From an uncultured Methanomicrobiales archaeon (lineage in GTDB: Archaea; Halobacteriota; Methanomicrobia; Methanomicrobiales; JACTUA01): 64,000 nt of DNA. Shown here piece by piece: positions 63,479 through 64,000 of the stretch (position 1 is the first letter of the stretch; the number at the start of each line of letters is the position of its first letter). Location of the stretch: positions 62,675-126,674 of the forward strand of contig CAVQHA010000003.1 of NCBI GenBank assembly GCA_963712215.1. The letters run 5' to 3'. The notes beneath the pieces are model-generated. The model searched no databases, had not been told where the DNA came from, and saw only the letters and a list, made by a program, of their open reading frames with translations. The position numbers and the translations under genes were made by a program.

Positions 63479-64000
63479 TCACCCGCCGACGGAGGGTGCG
63501 GCGGTCTGGATGGCCGTGTTGACCGTCACCTTGTTGAGGGAGAGCCTGACGCCGTAGATGTTCTTGGACGGCGTGATATTCAGGAAGCTCTCGACACCGG
63601 CCGTGTTGTTCGTATACATGTTCGTGGGGAACCCCGCCTTGTCGGCGGCGTCCTGGAGCGCATGGAGCCACATGAGGGCCGCGTTCGTCGAGAGCGCCCT
63701 CACGCTCACGTTCACGAACCGGGTATTGTTCCCGGTGGCCATGCGGGTGTCGGTGATATCAGAGACGGAGGAGGTCACCTGGACGGGGCTGGACCCCTCG
63801 ACGACCCCCGAGCCCGAGAGGAGGATCTGGTTGACCTTCGCCACGGGGATCCCGTTCGTCATCGAGAAGGTGATGGCGGGGGGGACCTTCACCGTGTTCC
63901 CGTCGTCCTGCTCGAGGAAGACGCCGCCCATCTGGTAGTAGTAATGCTGCGAGATCCAGGTACTCGTTCTGGGAGTCGGTACTCGAGGGATCCCATCGTC
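63479..64000 (-). CDS. pilin-cluster accessory protein (5' partial)
   Basis: Q.YYYQMGGVFLEQDDG motif; co-oriented and abutting the pilin genes. Confidence 0.6.
   Translation of the reverse strand, partial: DDGIPRVPTPRTSTWISQHYYYQMGGVFLEQDDGNTVKVPPAITFSMTNGIPVAKVNQILLSGSGVVEGSSPVQVTSSVSDITDTRMATGNNTRFVNVSVRALSTNAALMWLHALQDAADKAGFPTNMYTNNTAGVESFLNITPSKNIYGVRLSLNKVTVNTAIQTAAPSVGG

Overview
High-GC methanogenic archaeal DNA, most consistent with Methanomicrobiales (archaeal ribosomal/RNAP/mevalonate superoperon, PGF-/PEF-CTERM surface proteins, DUF39-CBS homocysteine genes, archaeal pilins). Core content: tRNA-Gly/Pro/Ser, hisH, alaS, the rps13-rps4-rps11-rpoD-rpl18e-rpl13-rps9-rpoN-rpoK-eno-rps2-MEMO1-mvk-ipk-fni-RNaseJ-idsA-gltX string, five tandem CBS genes, an Era-like GTPase/DUF2073/Zn-ribbon operon and a pilin-adhesin cluster. 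Single-base frameshifts occur in many genes including essential ones, which most likely reflects long-read assembly error. Accessory highlights: (1) an operon pairing a dockerin-tagged NHL/PKD/legumain-like (C13) protease with a cohesin-PEGA-PEF-CTERM anchor, i.e. a cellulosome-style surface display module for a protease; (2) an AT-rich island with a broken secreted Zn-dependent phospholipase C/P1-like gene facing a lipoprotein and its truncated paralog; (3) two distant non-coding elements sharing hairpin motifs with tandem G.A pairs and GNA/GNNA loops; (4) a ferritin-like protein/encapsulin operon; (5) a CrtI-like/UbiA/GGR-like lipid cluster. All calls come from manual reading of motifs; no database searches were run.
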